Assembly: GCA_042577505.1 (NCBI GenBank)
Contig: JBHPEA010000001.1
Coordinates: 23,880-87,879 of the forward strand
Length of the DNA: 64,000 bases
Source: Nanobdellota archaeon
GTDB lineage: Archaea; Nanobdellota; Nanobdellia; Woesearchaeales; JACQSR01
Direction of reading: 5' to 3'
In this document: piece after piece, positions 18,130 to 28,494 of the stretch
Numbering within the stretch: position 1 is the first letter of the stretch
How the letters are laid out: every line of letters starts with the position of its first letter
Translations under genes and position numbers: made by a program
The notes under the pieces: model-generated
What the model saw: only the letters and a program-made list of their open reading frames with translations
Told to the model about the DNA's origin: nothing
Databases searched by the model: none

Positions 18130-19025
18130 TATAATCTTACTCTCTTAAAATCAGAAGCGGCTTCTGTATTATTAAAAGTATCTCGAGCATCCTCTTCTAA
18201 AATGTGAGGACTTTTGTATCTTGCACTAAAATGCGTTAAGAATAATTGTTTAACATTAGCAACATTCGCTATCTGTGCAGCTTGTTTTGCAGTCATATGT
18301 TTATGTTTCTCCGCTTTATCTAACATATCAGATGCATAAGTCGCCTCACAAATCAAAACATCAGCATCTTGTGCTAAAACAGTAGCATTTGCAGTTGGCA
18401 TTGTATCTGTAATTAAAGTAACTTTTTTCCCCTCAACAATATTTGTCACATCATCCGCTTTTATCTTCTTACCTTTAAAAGTAATATCCTTGCCCTGCTG
18501 CAGTTTCCCAAGCAAAGGACCTTCAGGAATTCCAAGTTTCTTAATTTCTTTCAAATCAATTCTTCTCCTATCCTTCTCAACTATACTGTATCCCAAAACA
18601 TCAGTTCCATGCTCCAAAGGCAAAGTCTCAATATACAAAACATCATTTTCAAATATCTTTCCTTTCGAAACCTCAGTAATTTTCAAATCAACACCCTCAT
18701 CATAGATAAACACTTTATTCATCAATTCAATCCTTCTTTTCGAATCGCTAGGACCAAAAATCTCCAAAGTCCGATTATACTCACTCTTACTTAAAGTTGA
18801 AATCAATCCAGGTAATCCAAAAACATGATCACCATGCCAATGAGTTATTAAAATTCTAGAGATAACACTAGGCTTAATCCCAGCAATCTTTAATTGCCTT
18901 TGAGTTCCTTCCCCACAGTCAATTAACGTCCCATCACCATCTTGGATAACTAAAACTGCACTATGGTTTCTATCCTTTGTAGGAACCATCGAAGAAGTTC
19001 CTAAAAATATTATTTCCATACACAA
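18129..19025 (-). CDS. rnz: Ribonuclease Z
   Basis: 'FLGTS', 'DCGEGTQRQ', 'THWHGDH', GP exosite arm, 'THFSARY'. Confidence 0.95.
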   Translation of the reverse strand: MCMEIIFLGTSSMVPTKDRNHSAVLVIQDGDGTLIDCGEGTQRQLKIAGIKPSVISRILITHWHGDHVFGLPGLISTLSKSEYNRTLEIFGPSDSKRRIELMNKVFIYDEGVDLKITEVSKGKIFENDVLYIETLPLEHGTDVLGYSIVEKDRRRIDLKEIKKLGIPEGPLLGKLQQGKDITFKGKKIKADDVTNIVEGKKVTLITDTMPTANATVLAQDADVLICEATYASDMLDKAEKHKHMTAKQAAQIANVANVKQLFLTHFSARYKSPHILEEDARDTFNNTEAASDFKRVRL

Positions 19026-19090
19026 AAAGAGAATTAATGTTTATTTAAAGGTTAGCAGTAGTATTAGAAATTAATTAAAAGATAGCAAAT

Positions 19091-19468
19091 ATGTCTTTCC
19101 ACATGCCATTAAAATATTGCATCCAAAAGCACAAAGCGACTCATTTACACTATGATTTAAGATTGGAATACAAAGGAATAGCTAAATCTTGGGCAGTTCC
19201 AAAACAACCTTCTAAAACTGAAAGAAGATTGGCAATTGAAGTAGAAGATCATGAAGTTGATTATATGAAATTTGAAGGAACAATCCCAAAAGGGGAATAT
19301 GGGGCTGGATCAGTAAAAATCTGGGACAAAGGAACCTGGGAACCAGAGGAAATCACAAAAAAGAAAATCATTGCAAACATTAAAGGAAAAAAATTAAAAG
19401 GAAAATTTGCCCTTGTTAATTTCAAAGGCAAAAACTGGTTGTTCTTCAAAATCAAGCATGACGTTTGA
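19091..19468 (+). CDS. Stand-alone LigD 3'-phosphoesterase domain protein
   Basis: 'QKHKATHLHYDLRLE', 'KSWAVPK', 'RRLAIEVEDH', 'FEGTIP.GEYGAG.V.IWD.G'. Confidence 0.9.
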   Translation: MSFHMPLKYCIQKHKATHLHYDLRLEYKGIAKSWAVPKQPSKTERRLAIEVEDHEVDYMKFEGTIPKGEYGAGSVKIWDKGTWEPEEITKKKIIANIKGKKLKGKFALVNFKGKNWLFFKIKHDV

Positions 19469-20165
19469 ACAAAACATAATTCTTGTCAACGTTCACATAC
19501 TCTTTTCGAAGTTTTAAATCCAATTTGTCTAGTAAAGTATTCAAAACAATAAACGAAACCGCAATTCCAGATGCAAACAATATTCTTTCAAACGCCACTA
19601 TTGGAATTAACCCTACCCAAGCCGCTGGAGTCATAGAATTGATAAAATAAAGCCACACTATCGAACCTACCGCATGGGCAGTAAATGTTGCTCCAAGTCC
19701 TTTCAAGAATGCGTTGTTACTATACTTTGCAGGTAGGACCTTAACTACAATAGGGATCAACCAATAAAGTGAATAAAACCACACTTGTTGACCAACAGGA
19801 TGCACTATGAATAAAATCATCGCAGCGGCAGGAATAATCATACTTGCCTTGTCTTTCTTTGCTCCAAAATACCATGCAGCAAATAACATAGGTAACAATC
19901 TAAGAACACTAACAATAGTAAGTGCCTTACCCAAAACAACAAAACTTCCAATTTCAGCTATTAATACTGCCAAAACACCAACTACAGGACCTAAAAAGAA
20001 TCCAGCAATGGGACCAAAAAATTGAAACACCGTAAAATATTGACCCTCAGCACCTATTAATGAAGAAAAATTAATTTGATCTCCAATAAAAACCAAGACA
20101 CTAAATATTATCAAAAACAGAATACCTTTCCTTGTGATTAATTTTTTCAAATCCATATCAAACAC
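19452..20165 (-). CDS. Multi-pass membrane protein, ECF S-component-like
   Basis: ~7 hydrophobic segments; 'GPIAGFFLGPVVG' motif. Confidence 0.55.
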   Translation of the reverse strand: MFDMDLKKLITRKGILFLIIFSVLVFIGDQINFSSLIGAEGQYFTVFQFFGPIAGFFLGPVVGVLAVLIAEIGSFVVLGKALTIVSVLRLLPMLFAAWYFGAKKDKASMIIPAAAMILFIVHPVGQQVWFYSLYWLIPIVVKVLPAKYSNNAFLKGLGATFTAHAVGSIVWLYFINSMTPAAWVGLIPIVAFERILFASGIAVSFIVLNTLLDKLDLKLRKEYVNVDKNYVLFKRHA

Positions 20166-20312
20166 CCCAAAACTTCATTTGAGAATTAATTTAAAAAGTT
20201 TTCTATTGTAATTACACACCTTTCAGTCACCATTCTAATATTTTGAGTTTTGGGAGATTTCATGTGCGTCTTATAGGGCAAGATTTTTAAGATAATATAG
20301 AGCCCCTTTATT

Positions 20313-21005
20313 ATGGAAAAAGAAAAAGGCCCTTCATACAGCGGAGTAGTAGTGGGGAGAGATAGAGAAGCTAGAATTCTTGTAAGTTGTGCTGATTTTG
20401 AAGGGAATGTTGCCCTTACTTCAAGCAGAGGTGATAAAAGATATCAAAAAGGAGAAAAACTAATATTTGGAGGTATAAAGGATGGAATTCCTGATTACTT
20501 TGACGATTTTTCATCCAGTCACTCTGCAACTTGGTATCGAGCAGAAGAAACACAAACAGCTGTAGAACCTGAGAAAAAGCTTGTTTGGAAATGCCATTTT
20601 GATATTGGTGTCGTAATTGACGCTGCTCAGAAAGAAAGAGCTAAGGTTGTATTGTTGTACGATCGTGCAATGAGATATCAAGATTATGGGAGGGGACAGG
20701 GTATGAAAATGACGCCTGCTATTATGCTTGCTGATAAAAGAAGTTATCTTGATGATGCTATTGAATTATTTGAAGATCGTGAGAATAGAGCTGTAGTTAG
20801 AAATTTTCGTAAAGGGGAAAATGGAGTGATGGGGTATCACGTAGATCTTCCCAGCACTTTTGAAAGATTGCGTGAAGAAAGATTAAGTGGTGTGTACTTT
20901 CATGAACAAGAAGGATTACAACCTTGGAGAGGATCTGGCACACCCAGAATTAAAAGTGACACTTTAACAAAGATTGTCGAATCAGTAAAGAAGATTTCTG
21001 GATAA
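20313..21005 (+). CDS. Hypothetical protein
   Basis: 230-aa ORF; TATA-like box upstream. Confidence 0.6.
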   Translation: MEKEKGPSYSGVVVGRDREARILVSCADFEGNVALTSSRGDKRYQKGEKLIFGGIKDGIPDYFDDFSSSHSATWYRAEETQTAVEPEKKLVWKCHFDIGVVIDAAQKERAKVVLLYDRAMRYQDYGRGQGMKMTPAIMLADKRSYLDDAIELFEDRENRAVVRNFRKGENGVMGYHVDLPSTFERLREERLSGVYFHEQEGLQPWRGSGTPRIKSDTLTKIVESVKKISG

Positions 21006-21044
21006 GGTAAACCTTTTTAAGCAAAACAAAGCCTCAAATAAATA

Positions 21045-21608
21045 ATGGCAAAGAAATCCAAGAAGGAAGAGCCAGAGAGCGAGAAAAAAGTTGTTGAGGC
21101 AACTTTTTCGCGAGAACGAATATTAACTGAAAGTTCTGATCTGGCTAGAGAATTATTCAACACTAGTAGATATGGGACTCTTTTATCTACAGGAAAGGTT
21201 CAATTATCCTTACTAGAATCAATGTATTTGTTAGAAAAAGAAAAATTAGTAATATTCGATAAAAGAACAAAACTTCCTTTTGACAAATTCTTAAAAAAAG
21301 CAATTAGATTGGAACCAAACTTCTGGATTAGATATTGTGTCTTTAAAGACATTAGGAATAGGGGCTACATTATCAAAACAGCATTGAAATTCGGAGCAGA
21401 CTTCAGAGTATATGACAGAGGAGTAAAACCCGGAGAAGACCATGCTAGATGGATTGTTTACCCAGTTCATGAGGGTTCTACATTAACCTGGTACGAATTT
21501 GCAGCAAAAAACCGTGTAGCACACTCTACTAAGAAGAGACTATTGATAGGTATAGTAGATGATGAAGGAGACGTAACATATTACGAAATCAGGTGGCTCA
21601 GGCCGTAA
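21045..21608 (+). CDS. endA: tRNA-splicing endonuclease
   Basis: 'LSLLESMYL', 'KFGADFRVY', catalytic His in 'DHA', 'RVAHSTKK'. Confidence 0.95.
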   Translation: MAKKSKKEEPESEKKVVEATFSRERILTESSDLARELFNTSRYGTLLSTGKVQLSLLESMYLLEKEKLVIFDKRTKLPFDKFLKKAIRLEPNFWIRYCVFKDIRNRGYIIKTALKFGADFRVYDRGVKPGEDHARWIVYPVHEGSTLTWYEFAAKNRVAHSTKKRLLIGIVDDEGDVTYYEIRWLRP

Positions 21609-21640
21609 TAATTATATATCTCTATTAGTTTTCTAGTTAC

Positions 21641-22651
21641 ATGGACGAAAAAGAAGTGATTATAAGCTTAATGAAGCAAAGTGGTCCAGTTATACCTATA
21701 CAAGTTGCAAAGGCCATTAATTCTGATAGTATGATAGCTTCAGCCCATTTATCAGAGCTTTCTGCAGATAAAAAGGTTAAGATTTCTCACGTAAAGCATG
21801 GTTCTTCTCCCTTATATTACCTTCCAGGTCAAGAAACAATGCTTCAAAGTTTCTCAAAAAACCTCCATGAAAAAGAAAGAAGGACTTACGACTTACTAAA
21901 ACAATCCTTGGTTTTACGAGATTCCGAACAAAATCCTTTAGTTAGAGTCACATTGAGAGAAATAAAAGATTTTGCAATTCCAATCCAAGTTAGCTATGAA
22001 GACAAGAAGGAACTTTTTTGGAAATGGTATTTACTTCCAAATCCAGAGGCAGAGAATAAAATCAGAGAACTTTTAGAAGGTAAGAAACCAACAGAAAAAA
22101 AAGTCGAGGAAAAGAAACCTGAAGAAAAACCAGTTGAAAGGAAAGAGATCCCTAAACCACAAGTAAATGAAGAAAAACCAGTTGAAGAGACACCTAAACA
22201 AGAAGAAACTCCCAAGCAAGAGGAAAAACCCGTTGAAAAAGAAATTATAGAAAAGAAAGAAACTAATGAAGAGAAAACTCCAGAAAAAAAACCGATCGAA
22301 GAGCAGAAGAAACTTAATGAAGAAAAAAAAGAAGCCCAAAAAAGCGAATTCATCCATGATCTAGAAAATTATTTCTTAAAAAACAAAATTGAAGTTGTTG
22401 AAAGAAACATAATCAAAAAAGACTCAGATATAGAACTCATTGTTAAATTACCCTCTTCTGTTGGTAATCTTTTATACTTCTGTAAGGCAAAGAATAAAAA
22501 GCGCGTTAATGATGGAGACCTAAGCTCAGCATATATCCAATCACAGTCTAAAAAAATGCCTATATTGTTTTTAACAAAAGGAGAATTAACAAAAAAAGCA
22601 AAAGAAATGAAGGAAAACGAATTTCAATCGATGACTATTAAGCAAATATAA
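21641..22651 (+). CDS. Hypothetical protein: wHTH-like N-terminus, E/K/P-rich linker, alpha/beta C-terminal domain
   Basis: Long ORF between endA and fen; low-complexity linker. Confidence 0.75.
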   Translation: MDEKEVIISLMKQSGPVIPIQVAKAINSDSMIASAHLSELSADKKVKISHVKHGSSPLYYLPGQETMLQSFSKNLHEKERRTYDLLKQSLVLRDSEQNPLVRVTLREIKDFAIPIQVSYEDKKELFWKWYLLPNPEAENKIRELLEGKKPTEKKVEEKKPEEKPVERKEIPKPQVNEEKPVEETPKQEETPKQEEKPVEKEIIEKKETNEEKTPEKKPIEEQKKLNEEKKEAQKSEFIHDLENYFLKNKIEVVERNIIKKDSDIELIVKLPSSVGNLLYFCKAKNKKRVNDGDLSSAYIQSQSKKMPILFLTKGELTKKAKEMKENEFQSMTIKQI

Positions 22652-22652
22652 A

Positions 22653-23687
22653 ATGGGATTAGCAATAAAAGAGGTTTTAGAATACAAAGAGATTTCTTTA
22701 GAAGACTTGAAAGGAAAAAAGCTAGTTGTAGATTCTTTCAATTTACTCTATCAATTTCTTACAACAATTAGGGGCAGAGACGGAAGTTTACTAACAAACT
22801 CAAAGGGTAAAGTAACCTCACACCTAGTAGGTTTATTCTCAAGAACAGCCAAATTGATGAAATCAGGTTTAAAACTCGCATTTGTCTTTGATGGAATCCC
22901 TCCTGATTTGAAGAAATCTGAAAGAGAAAGAAGAAAAAACATCAAACAAGAAGCACAAAAACAATATGATAAAGCAAAAGAAGAAGAAGATTTGGAAGCA
23001 ATGAAGAAATTTGCTTCAAGAACTACGTTACTTTCTGGAGACATGATTGAAGATTCTAAAAAACTAATCACTGCAATGGGTATGCCAGTAATTCAAGCAC
23101 CTTCTGAAGGAGAAGCTCAAGCAGCGTATATAGTTAGCAAAGGCGATGCATATGCAGTAGTGTCCCAAGATTTTGACAGCCTAATTCATGGAGCAAATTT
23201 ACTAGTAAGAAACCTATCCATAACTGGCAAAAGGAAAAAAGCTGGAACTTTACATTATTTAGAGGTCAAACCAGAATTCATTTCACTTGCAGATAACCTA
23301 AATCACTTAGGGATAGATCAAGATCAATTAATTGCAATGTCTTTGTTAGTCGGGACTGACTACAATTCTGGAGGAATCAAAGGAATTGGACCAAAGAAAG
23401 CTTTAGACTTAATTAAAAAACACAAAAAAGACTTCGATGCATTATTTGAAGAAGTAAAATGGGACGATATTTATGATTTTCCTTGGACTGATGTCTTTTA
23501 CACAATTAAAAAAATGCCAAAAACTGATGATTACAAAATGGAATGGAAAGAACCAGATATCGACGCAATTAAAGAACTGCTAGTTCAAGAAAATGACTTC
23601 TCAGAAGAAAGGATAGAAAAAACCTTAGAAGACTTAAAAATTGTAAAAAAGAAAAGACAGCAGAAAGGTTTGGGAGATTTTATTTAG
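22653..23687 (+). CDS. fen: Flap endonuclease 1
   Basis: 'YQFLTTIR..DG', 'TSHL.GLF', 'APSEGEAQAA', 'SQDFD', 'GTDYN.GGIKGIGPKKA', C-terminal PIP box 'QKGLGDF'. Confidence 0.97.
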   Translation: MGLAIKEVLEYKEISLEDLKGKKLVVDSFNLLYQFLTTIRGRDGSLLTNSKGKVTSHLVGLFSRTAKLMKSGLKLAFVFDGIPPDLKKSERERRKNIKQEAQKQYDKAKEEEDLEAMKKFASRTTLLSGDMIEDSKKLITAMGMPVIQAPSEGEAQAAYIVSKGDAYAVVSQDFDSLIHGANLLVRNLSITGKRKKAGTLHYLEVKPEFISLADNLNHLGIDQDQLIAMSLLVGTDYNSGGIKGIGPKKALDLIKKHKKDFDALFEEVKWDDIYDFPWTDVFYTIKKMPKTDDYKMEWKEPDIDAIKELLVQENDFSEERIEKTLEDLKIVKKKRQQKGLGDFI

Positions 23688-24385
23688 AAAGGAAGATTAA
23701 AAGCAAAGAAAAAATTACCACTTGGAATTGTCCTTACCAACATGATCAAATTGTCAACATAATATTCTTTAAAGAAAATTATTGCAAAGGAACATACTAT
23801 TATTGCGAAAATATACCTAACTATTGGATGAATATTTAACTTTTCAGAGAATTTTGAAAGATCATTCTGTTCTTTGGCATTATATGTATTCCCAACAGCA
23901 CCAGTCAAACTTACAAATCCAAATAGAAATATGAAAATATGAAGATAATTTAAGAAAGTATAATCATTAAAGAATAAAAATACCAACACAGCTAGTATTG
24001 CTTGCGTTACAATTCCTGCAAGAAGAAGTAAAGGTTCAATAAGGGGTATTTCAGGTCCTGAAACTTGTGCAGCAGGTCCTGGCAAAAAAGGAATAAAAAG
24101 GTTCGCCCACTTCATCTCAATCTTCCCAGTCCCAAACGTAAAAATCCAATGACCAACTTCATGTAGAAACGTAGAGATTATTCTTGCAACATACCAAAGT
24201 ATAACTATTATTATCAAAGGCATACCAACAATATTTGAAAAATCCAAACTTAGAATTAAATTCATTGTTGTACTATCATCAATAAGAAAATCATATAAGA
24301 AAAATGCAGCAAGTATTACAATTTGAATAATCCTTGTCGCAATGAATGTTTGAAATGACATGAGTATTATTCTGTACCACCCCAT
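23684..24385 (-). CDS. M50-like membrane zinc metalloprotease
   Basis: TM segments with 'LHEVGH' and downstream 'ND'. Confidence 0.6.
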   Translation of the reverse strand: MGWYRIILMSFQTFIATRIIQIVILAAFFLYDFLIDDSTTMNLILSLDFSNIVGMPLIIIVILWYVARIISTFLHEVGHWIFTFGTGKIEMKWANLFIPFLPGPAAQVSGPEIPLIEPLLLLAGIVTQAILAVLVFLFFNDYTFLNYLHIFIFLFGFVSLTGAVGNTYNAKEQNDLSKFSEKLNIHPIVRYIFAIIVCSFAIIFFKEYYVDNLIMLVRTIPSGNFFFAFNLPF

Positions 24386-24433
24386 TATAAATCTTTACAA
24401 TAATTATTTAAACAAACTAATAATGAAAAAACC

Positions 24434-25249
24434 ATGAACCTAAAAGAAGCACTACAAAAGAAATTATCAAAGAAAGACTTAGAATTCTTAAGAACCTCTT
24501 ACGATGTAATTGGATCTATAGCAATAATCGAAATTCCAAAAGAATTAGTAAAAAAAGAGAAAATCATAGGAAATGCAATAATAAACCTAAGAAAAGAAGT
24601 AAAAACAGTCTGCAAGAGAGCAGGAATCCACAAGGGCAAATATCGAACTCAAAAACTAACAATCATTGCAGGAGAAAAAAAGAAAGAAACCGTTTACAGA
24701 GAAAATGGTTGTGTGATTGAATTAAATGTCGAAAAGGTCTATTTTTCCCCTAGGTTATCAAATGAAAGACTAAGAGTATCTAATCTTGTTAAGAAAGGAG
24801 AGAGCGTTCTCGTCATGTTCTCAGGAGTTGCACCATATCCTTTAGTAATCTCAAGAAATGCAAAACCAAAAGAAATCTATGGAATTGAACTAAATCCTCA
24901 TGCTCATAAATATGCAACAATCAACGTTGAATTAAACAAACTAAAAAATATCACCTTAATCAAAGGAGATGTAAACAAAGTCACTTTAAAGAAAAAATTT
25001 GACAGAGTTTTAATGCCATTACCCAAAAGCGGAGAAGATTTCTTACACATCGCATTAAAATTCACAAAGAAGGGTGGAATCATCCATTTCTACGACTTTC
25101 TCCACGAAAGAGAATTTGATGAAGCAAAAAAGAATGTAAAAGAAGCATGCAAAAAAGCAAAGAAAAAATGCAGACTACTAAACTTCGTCAAATGCGGCCA
25201 GTACGGTCCAGGAATATTTAGGATCTGCTTGGATTTTAAAGTATTATAA
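24434..25249 (+). CDS. Trm5/Taw2-family SAM-dependent tRNA methyltransferase
   Basis: 'YDVIGSIAII', 'VYFSPRLSNER', 'MFSGVAP', 'FDRVLMPLP'. Confidence 0.9.
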   Translation: MNLKEALQKKLSKKDLEFLRTSYDVIGSIAIIEIPKELVKKEKIIGNAIINLRKEVKTVCKRAGIHKGKYRTQKLTIIAGEKKKETVYRENGCVIELNVEKVYFSPRLSNERLRVSNLVKKGESVLVMFSGVAPYPLVISRNAKPKEIYGIELNPHAHKYATINVELNKLKNITLIKGDVNKVTLKKKFDRVLMPLPKSGEDFLHIALKFTKKGGIIHFYDFLHEREFDEAKKNVKEACKKAKKKCRLLNFVKCGQYGPGIFRICLDFKVL

Positions 25250-25294
25250 TACACTATCTAAAAGTATAAAAAAAGTTTTTTATCTCCTTCTTAA

Positions 25295-25990
25295 ATGGCA
25301 ACAAAATCAATCAAGAAGCCAGTTACATACAAAACAAGACATGGAAAGGATTTTAGAAAGATATCCATTTCTCCAAGTGAAGAAAGGACCGGGCATCTTA
25401 ATTTATTTATTTCTCTTGACGGAAATGTTAAATTTACAGGATATGAAAGATACGGCGGAGAAAAAGATGTTTTAAGTTTCATAACTTCCAATGGGGAGTT
25501 TGGAATTCCACCAGGTATTGCAGTAGAAATCATTGGAGATTATTCCATTGACGGTCTATTGGCTTCTCCTGCTTATATTTGTGGGGATGATGGAGATGTT
25601 AGATTAGCATACGCAAGGAGACAAGGTTTGAGAGTTTATGCTGCTTCCCAGGGACTAGTGTCAATCGATGGTTATATTAGAAGAGAGGGAAGGTTTGGCG
25701 TACTAGGAACAGCCGCTTCAGATTACGTTAAGAGAAGAAATGAAAACACAACACAAGTTGATATACCTGATCTAGTTTATAGGGAAAGTTCTGTCCATAT
25801 CAGGACTGGTCCTCAACAACTAACAGAATACAATTGTATTGATGCATGCATTGATCACAATTTAATAACGATCTATAGATTCAAAGGAGATATTCATCTT
25901 TTTCACAAAGATGTTGACCTTTCTTATCCCACAAATCGTGTAAGCAAAGTCACCCACCTTATACCAAATAATGTCACCACTAAACAGTAA
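25295..25990 (+). CDS. Hypothetical protein
   Basis: 231-aa ORF. Confidence 0.6.
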   Translation: MATKSIKKPVTYKTRHGKDFRKISISPSEERTGHLNLFISLDGNVKFTGYERYGGEKDVLSFITSNGEFGIPPGIAVEIIGDYSIDGLLASPAYICGDDGDVRLAYARRQGLRVYAASQGLVSIDGYIRREGRFGVLGTAASDYVKRRNENTTQVDIPDLVYRESSVHIRTGPQQLTEYNCIDACIDHNLITIYRFKGDIHLFHKDVDLSYPTNRVSKVTHLIPNNVTTKQ

Positions 25991-26023
25991 TATTTATAAA
26001 TAACTATTTAGGAACATACTATA

Positions 26024-26575
26024 ATGAAATATTCAGAAGAGTTAGAAAGCAGACTAGGGGTAAAAAGAGTTATTGATAATATCGAATCTCATTTTGATAA
26101 TACTGGATATAGTGGCGATTCTGAAGATCCTTTAAAATTACTTAGGCAAATGAAAATATTCCTTTATAGGGAATGGGATGCTTGGAGAAATTATGCAAAA
26201 GGTTCCATGATTGATTCTACTGACTGCGTTACTTTATCGACAGTCGTCAACTTACTCTCCTACAGAAAAGGTCTCGAAACAGAACTAGTTCGTCCAAAGA
26301 AGCTAACAAAGAGATATCACGCCCTGCTTCAATTTGAAGATTCTAATAGAACAGATACTTATGATGTTACTAGTAAAAAAGATGTCAACGATGTTGTTCC
26401 ATTATCTACAGACCAAGTCGTAACAAGACTCAGAATATACCGACCAATCATCAACATCATCAACAGACTGAAATTTGGAGAAAGGGGACCCGGTTACATG
26501 AACGGCCAATTAGTACCGAAAGACCCAGTTTACTTTATGCAAAAGAGACAAAATAATAACTCTAAAACTATTTAA
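26024..26575 (+). CDS. Hypothetical protein with transglutaminase-like Cys-His-Asp pattern
   Basis: 'DCVTLSTVVNLL', 'YHALL', 'YDVT' in TGase-like order. Confidence 0.5.
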   Translation: MKYSEELESRLGVKRVIDNIESHFDNTGYSGDSEDPLKLLRQMKIFLYREWDAWRNYAKGSMIDSTDCVTLSTVVNLLSYRKGLETELVRPKKLTKRYHALLQFEDSNRTDTYDVTSKKDVNDVVPLSTDQVVTRLRIYRPIINIINRLKFGERGPGYMNGQLVPKDPVYFMQKRQNNNSKTI

Positions 26576-26598
26576 ATCCACAAACCTCTCCCAAATAA

Positions 26599-27543
26599 AT
26601 GGTAGAATCAATTTGGATAGAGAAATACAGACCTAAGGAATTCTCTGATATCGTTGGACAAAATCATTTAGTAGAACGTATCAAAGCATTCGTTGACCAA
26701 AAAAACATGCCTCATGTTCTATTTGCAGGCCCAGCAGGTACAGGAAAAACATCCACCGCATTAGTCGTTGCAAAAGCACTATTCGGAGACGGATGGAAAC
26801 AAAATTTCTTAGAACTTAACGCATCAGACGAAAGAGGAATTGATGTTATTAGAATCAAAGTAAAGGACTTTGCAAGAACAAGAGCAATAGGAGACGTTCC
26901 TTTCAAAATAATCTACCTTGACGAATGCGACCAACTAACGAGAGATGCCCAACAAGCATTGAGAAGAACAATGGAGAACTTCACTCAAACTTGTAGATTC
27001 ATTCTAAGCTGTAATTATTCATCAAAAATTTTAGATCCAATCCAATCAAGATGTGCAATTTTCAGATTCAAACCAGTCGAAAAGGAACACATCCTAAAAA
27101 TCATTGAAAAAATCGAAAAAAACGAAGAATTGAAAATTGATAATAATGCAAAAGAAGCATTATTTGATGCTTCTGAAGGAGATATTAGGCGCTTAGAAAA
27201 TTTACTTCAAAGTTGTGCATCTATAAGTAAAACAATTACAGAAGACACAGTTTTCTCGGTCGCGTCGGTTGCAAAACCAAAAGAAATCAGAGAAATGCTC
27301 AAATTAGCAATAGAAGGAAAATTCCAAGACGCAAGAAAACTACTCTTAGACACAATGCTTAATTATGGTCTGTCGGGATTAGATATAATCAGACTTATCC
27401 ATAGAGAAATATTAAACTTAGAAATTGAAGATAAAAAGAAACTCCAATTAATTGAAAAAACAGGGGAAGTTGAATTCAGACTAACAGAAGGATCTGATGA
27501 ATATATTCAACTCGAATCCCTTCTAGCTTCTTTTGGTATTTAA
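26599..27543 (+). CDS. rfcS: Replication factor C small subunit (no intein)
   Basis: 'WIEKYRP', 'GPAGTGKT', 'ELNASDERG', 'QQALRR', 'IQSRC'. Confidence 0.97.
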   Translation: MVESIWIEKYRPKEFSDIVGQNHLVERIKAFVDQKNMPHVLFAGPAGTGKTSTALVVAKALFGDGWKQNFLELNASDERGIDVIRIKVKDFARTRAIGDVPFKIIYLDECDQLTRDAQQALRRTMENFTQTCRFILSCNYSSKILDPIQSRCAIFRFKPVEKEHILKIIEKIEKNEELKIDNNAKEALFDASEGDIRRLENLLQSCASISKTITEDTVFSVASVAKPKEIREMLKLAIEGKFQDARKLLLDTMLNYGLSGLDIIRLIHREILNLEIEDKKKLQLIEKTGEVEFRLTEGSDEYIQLESLLASFGI

Positions 27544-28478
27544 TCACCAGTATGTTTTACAAGTAAGTCAGCATCTATAAATTCATTGTAGTCATACCCA
27601 AGAGTTATCTCAAGTACTTTCTCATAATCAGTTCTATCAGTTAATTGCTGTGTACACCTAACAGTCCTACTCCCACTGTGCAGAGTTATATAACCAGATG
27701 TATCATCACCATCTCTTAAACCTGAACATGCTAATCCAGTTATTCCACTATTAACACTTACATGGACTTTATTTTCATTAGACCTCAAAGAATCATCACA
27801 GTCTACACCTAACTTAAATATCTCTCCACTTCCAGTCTCAGAAACTGTAAATATAAAAGCTACTTTATCTGCACCACTAGCTTGTTCTCTAAAAGCAGTC
27901 ACGGCAACTGGTGCTCCTGAATTATAAACTGTTTTATCTTCGCTTACAACACAAACTGATGTATCAGATTGATCTAACAGATCTTCTTTAATACATATTA
28001 ATGCATTCGCAATAGTTTCATATTGATAACAAACATCTGCTCTTATTGTAAATTGTGTATTTCCACTCAATTCACCACCATGGTTTAAATCAGAAAACAG
28101 AGCATATGTTTCAGTACCTTCTATAATCCCACCATCAGGATCTTGATAGGTAGGTTCAAGATCATCTTCAGGATTTCCAATTAAATCAGCTGCAGTTTTA
28201 CCAAAATCAGCTGGATTGATACCAGAAATCTTAACCCTTACATCTTCTTTTGCAACAAAGGTTTCACCTAAATTATTCAAATTTACTTCCACATCAAAAG
28301 GAAAATCTCCACCATCAAAAACTTCATCAGGAGGGGCTTGCTCTACAAAAGTAGACAATAAACCTGTACTTCCACCTATAAATGGCGTTGTAGGTCCACC
28401 TCCATCTCCGTTATCAGTAGAACAACTAGTAAATAAAAACAGTGAAATAGCCAAAAATGTGATTATCTTCCTTATCAT
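27540..28478 (-). CDS. Putative lipoprotein, paralog family A
   Basis: Lipobox-like 'FTSC'; 'G.TGL..F....PP', 'VCYQYETIA..LICI', 'GAPVAV', 'LGYDY'. Confidence 0.75.
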   Translation of the reverse strand: MIRKIITFLAISLFLFTSCSTDNGDGGGPTTPFIGGSTGLLSTFVEQAPPDEVFDGGDFPFDVEVNLNNLGETFVAKEDVRVKISGINPADFGKTAADLIGNPEDDLEPTYQDPDGGIIEGTETYALFSDLNHGGELSGNTQFTIRADVCYQYETIANALICIKEDLLDQSDTSVCVVSEDKTVYNSGAPVAVTAFREQASGADKVAFIFTVSETGSGEIFKLGVDCDDSLRSNENKVHVSVNSGITGLACSGLRDGDDTSGYITLHSGSRTVRCTQQLTDRTDYEKVLEITLGYDYNEFIDADLLVKHTGD

Positions 28479-28494
28479 GGTAAAACCTCCTTTT

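Noticed and set aside
20166-20312. Riboswitch upstream of the ECF-like membrane gene
   Set aside because: No TPP, FMN, cobalamin or other aptamer consensus visible; a TATA-like box lies close to the start
21994-22357. Phe/Ser-rich antisense ORFs
   Set aside because: Shadows of the A-rich E/K linker on the opposite strand
26599-27543. Intein in RFC small subunit
   Set aside because: Normal length and a contiguous Walker A region
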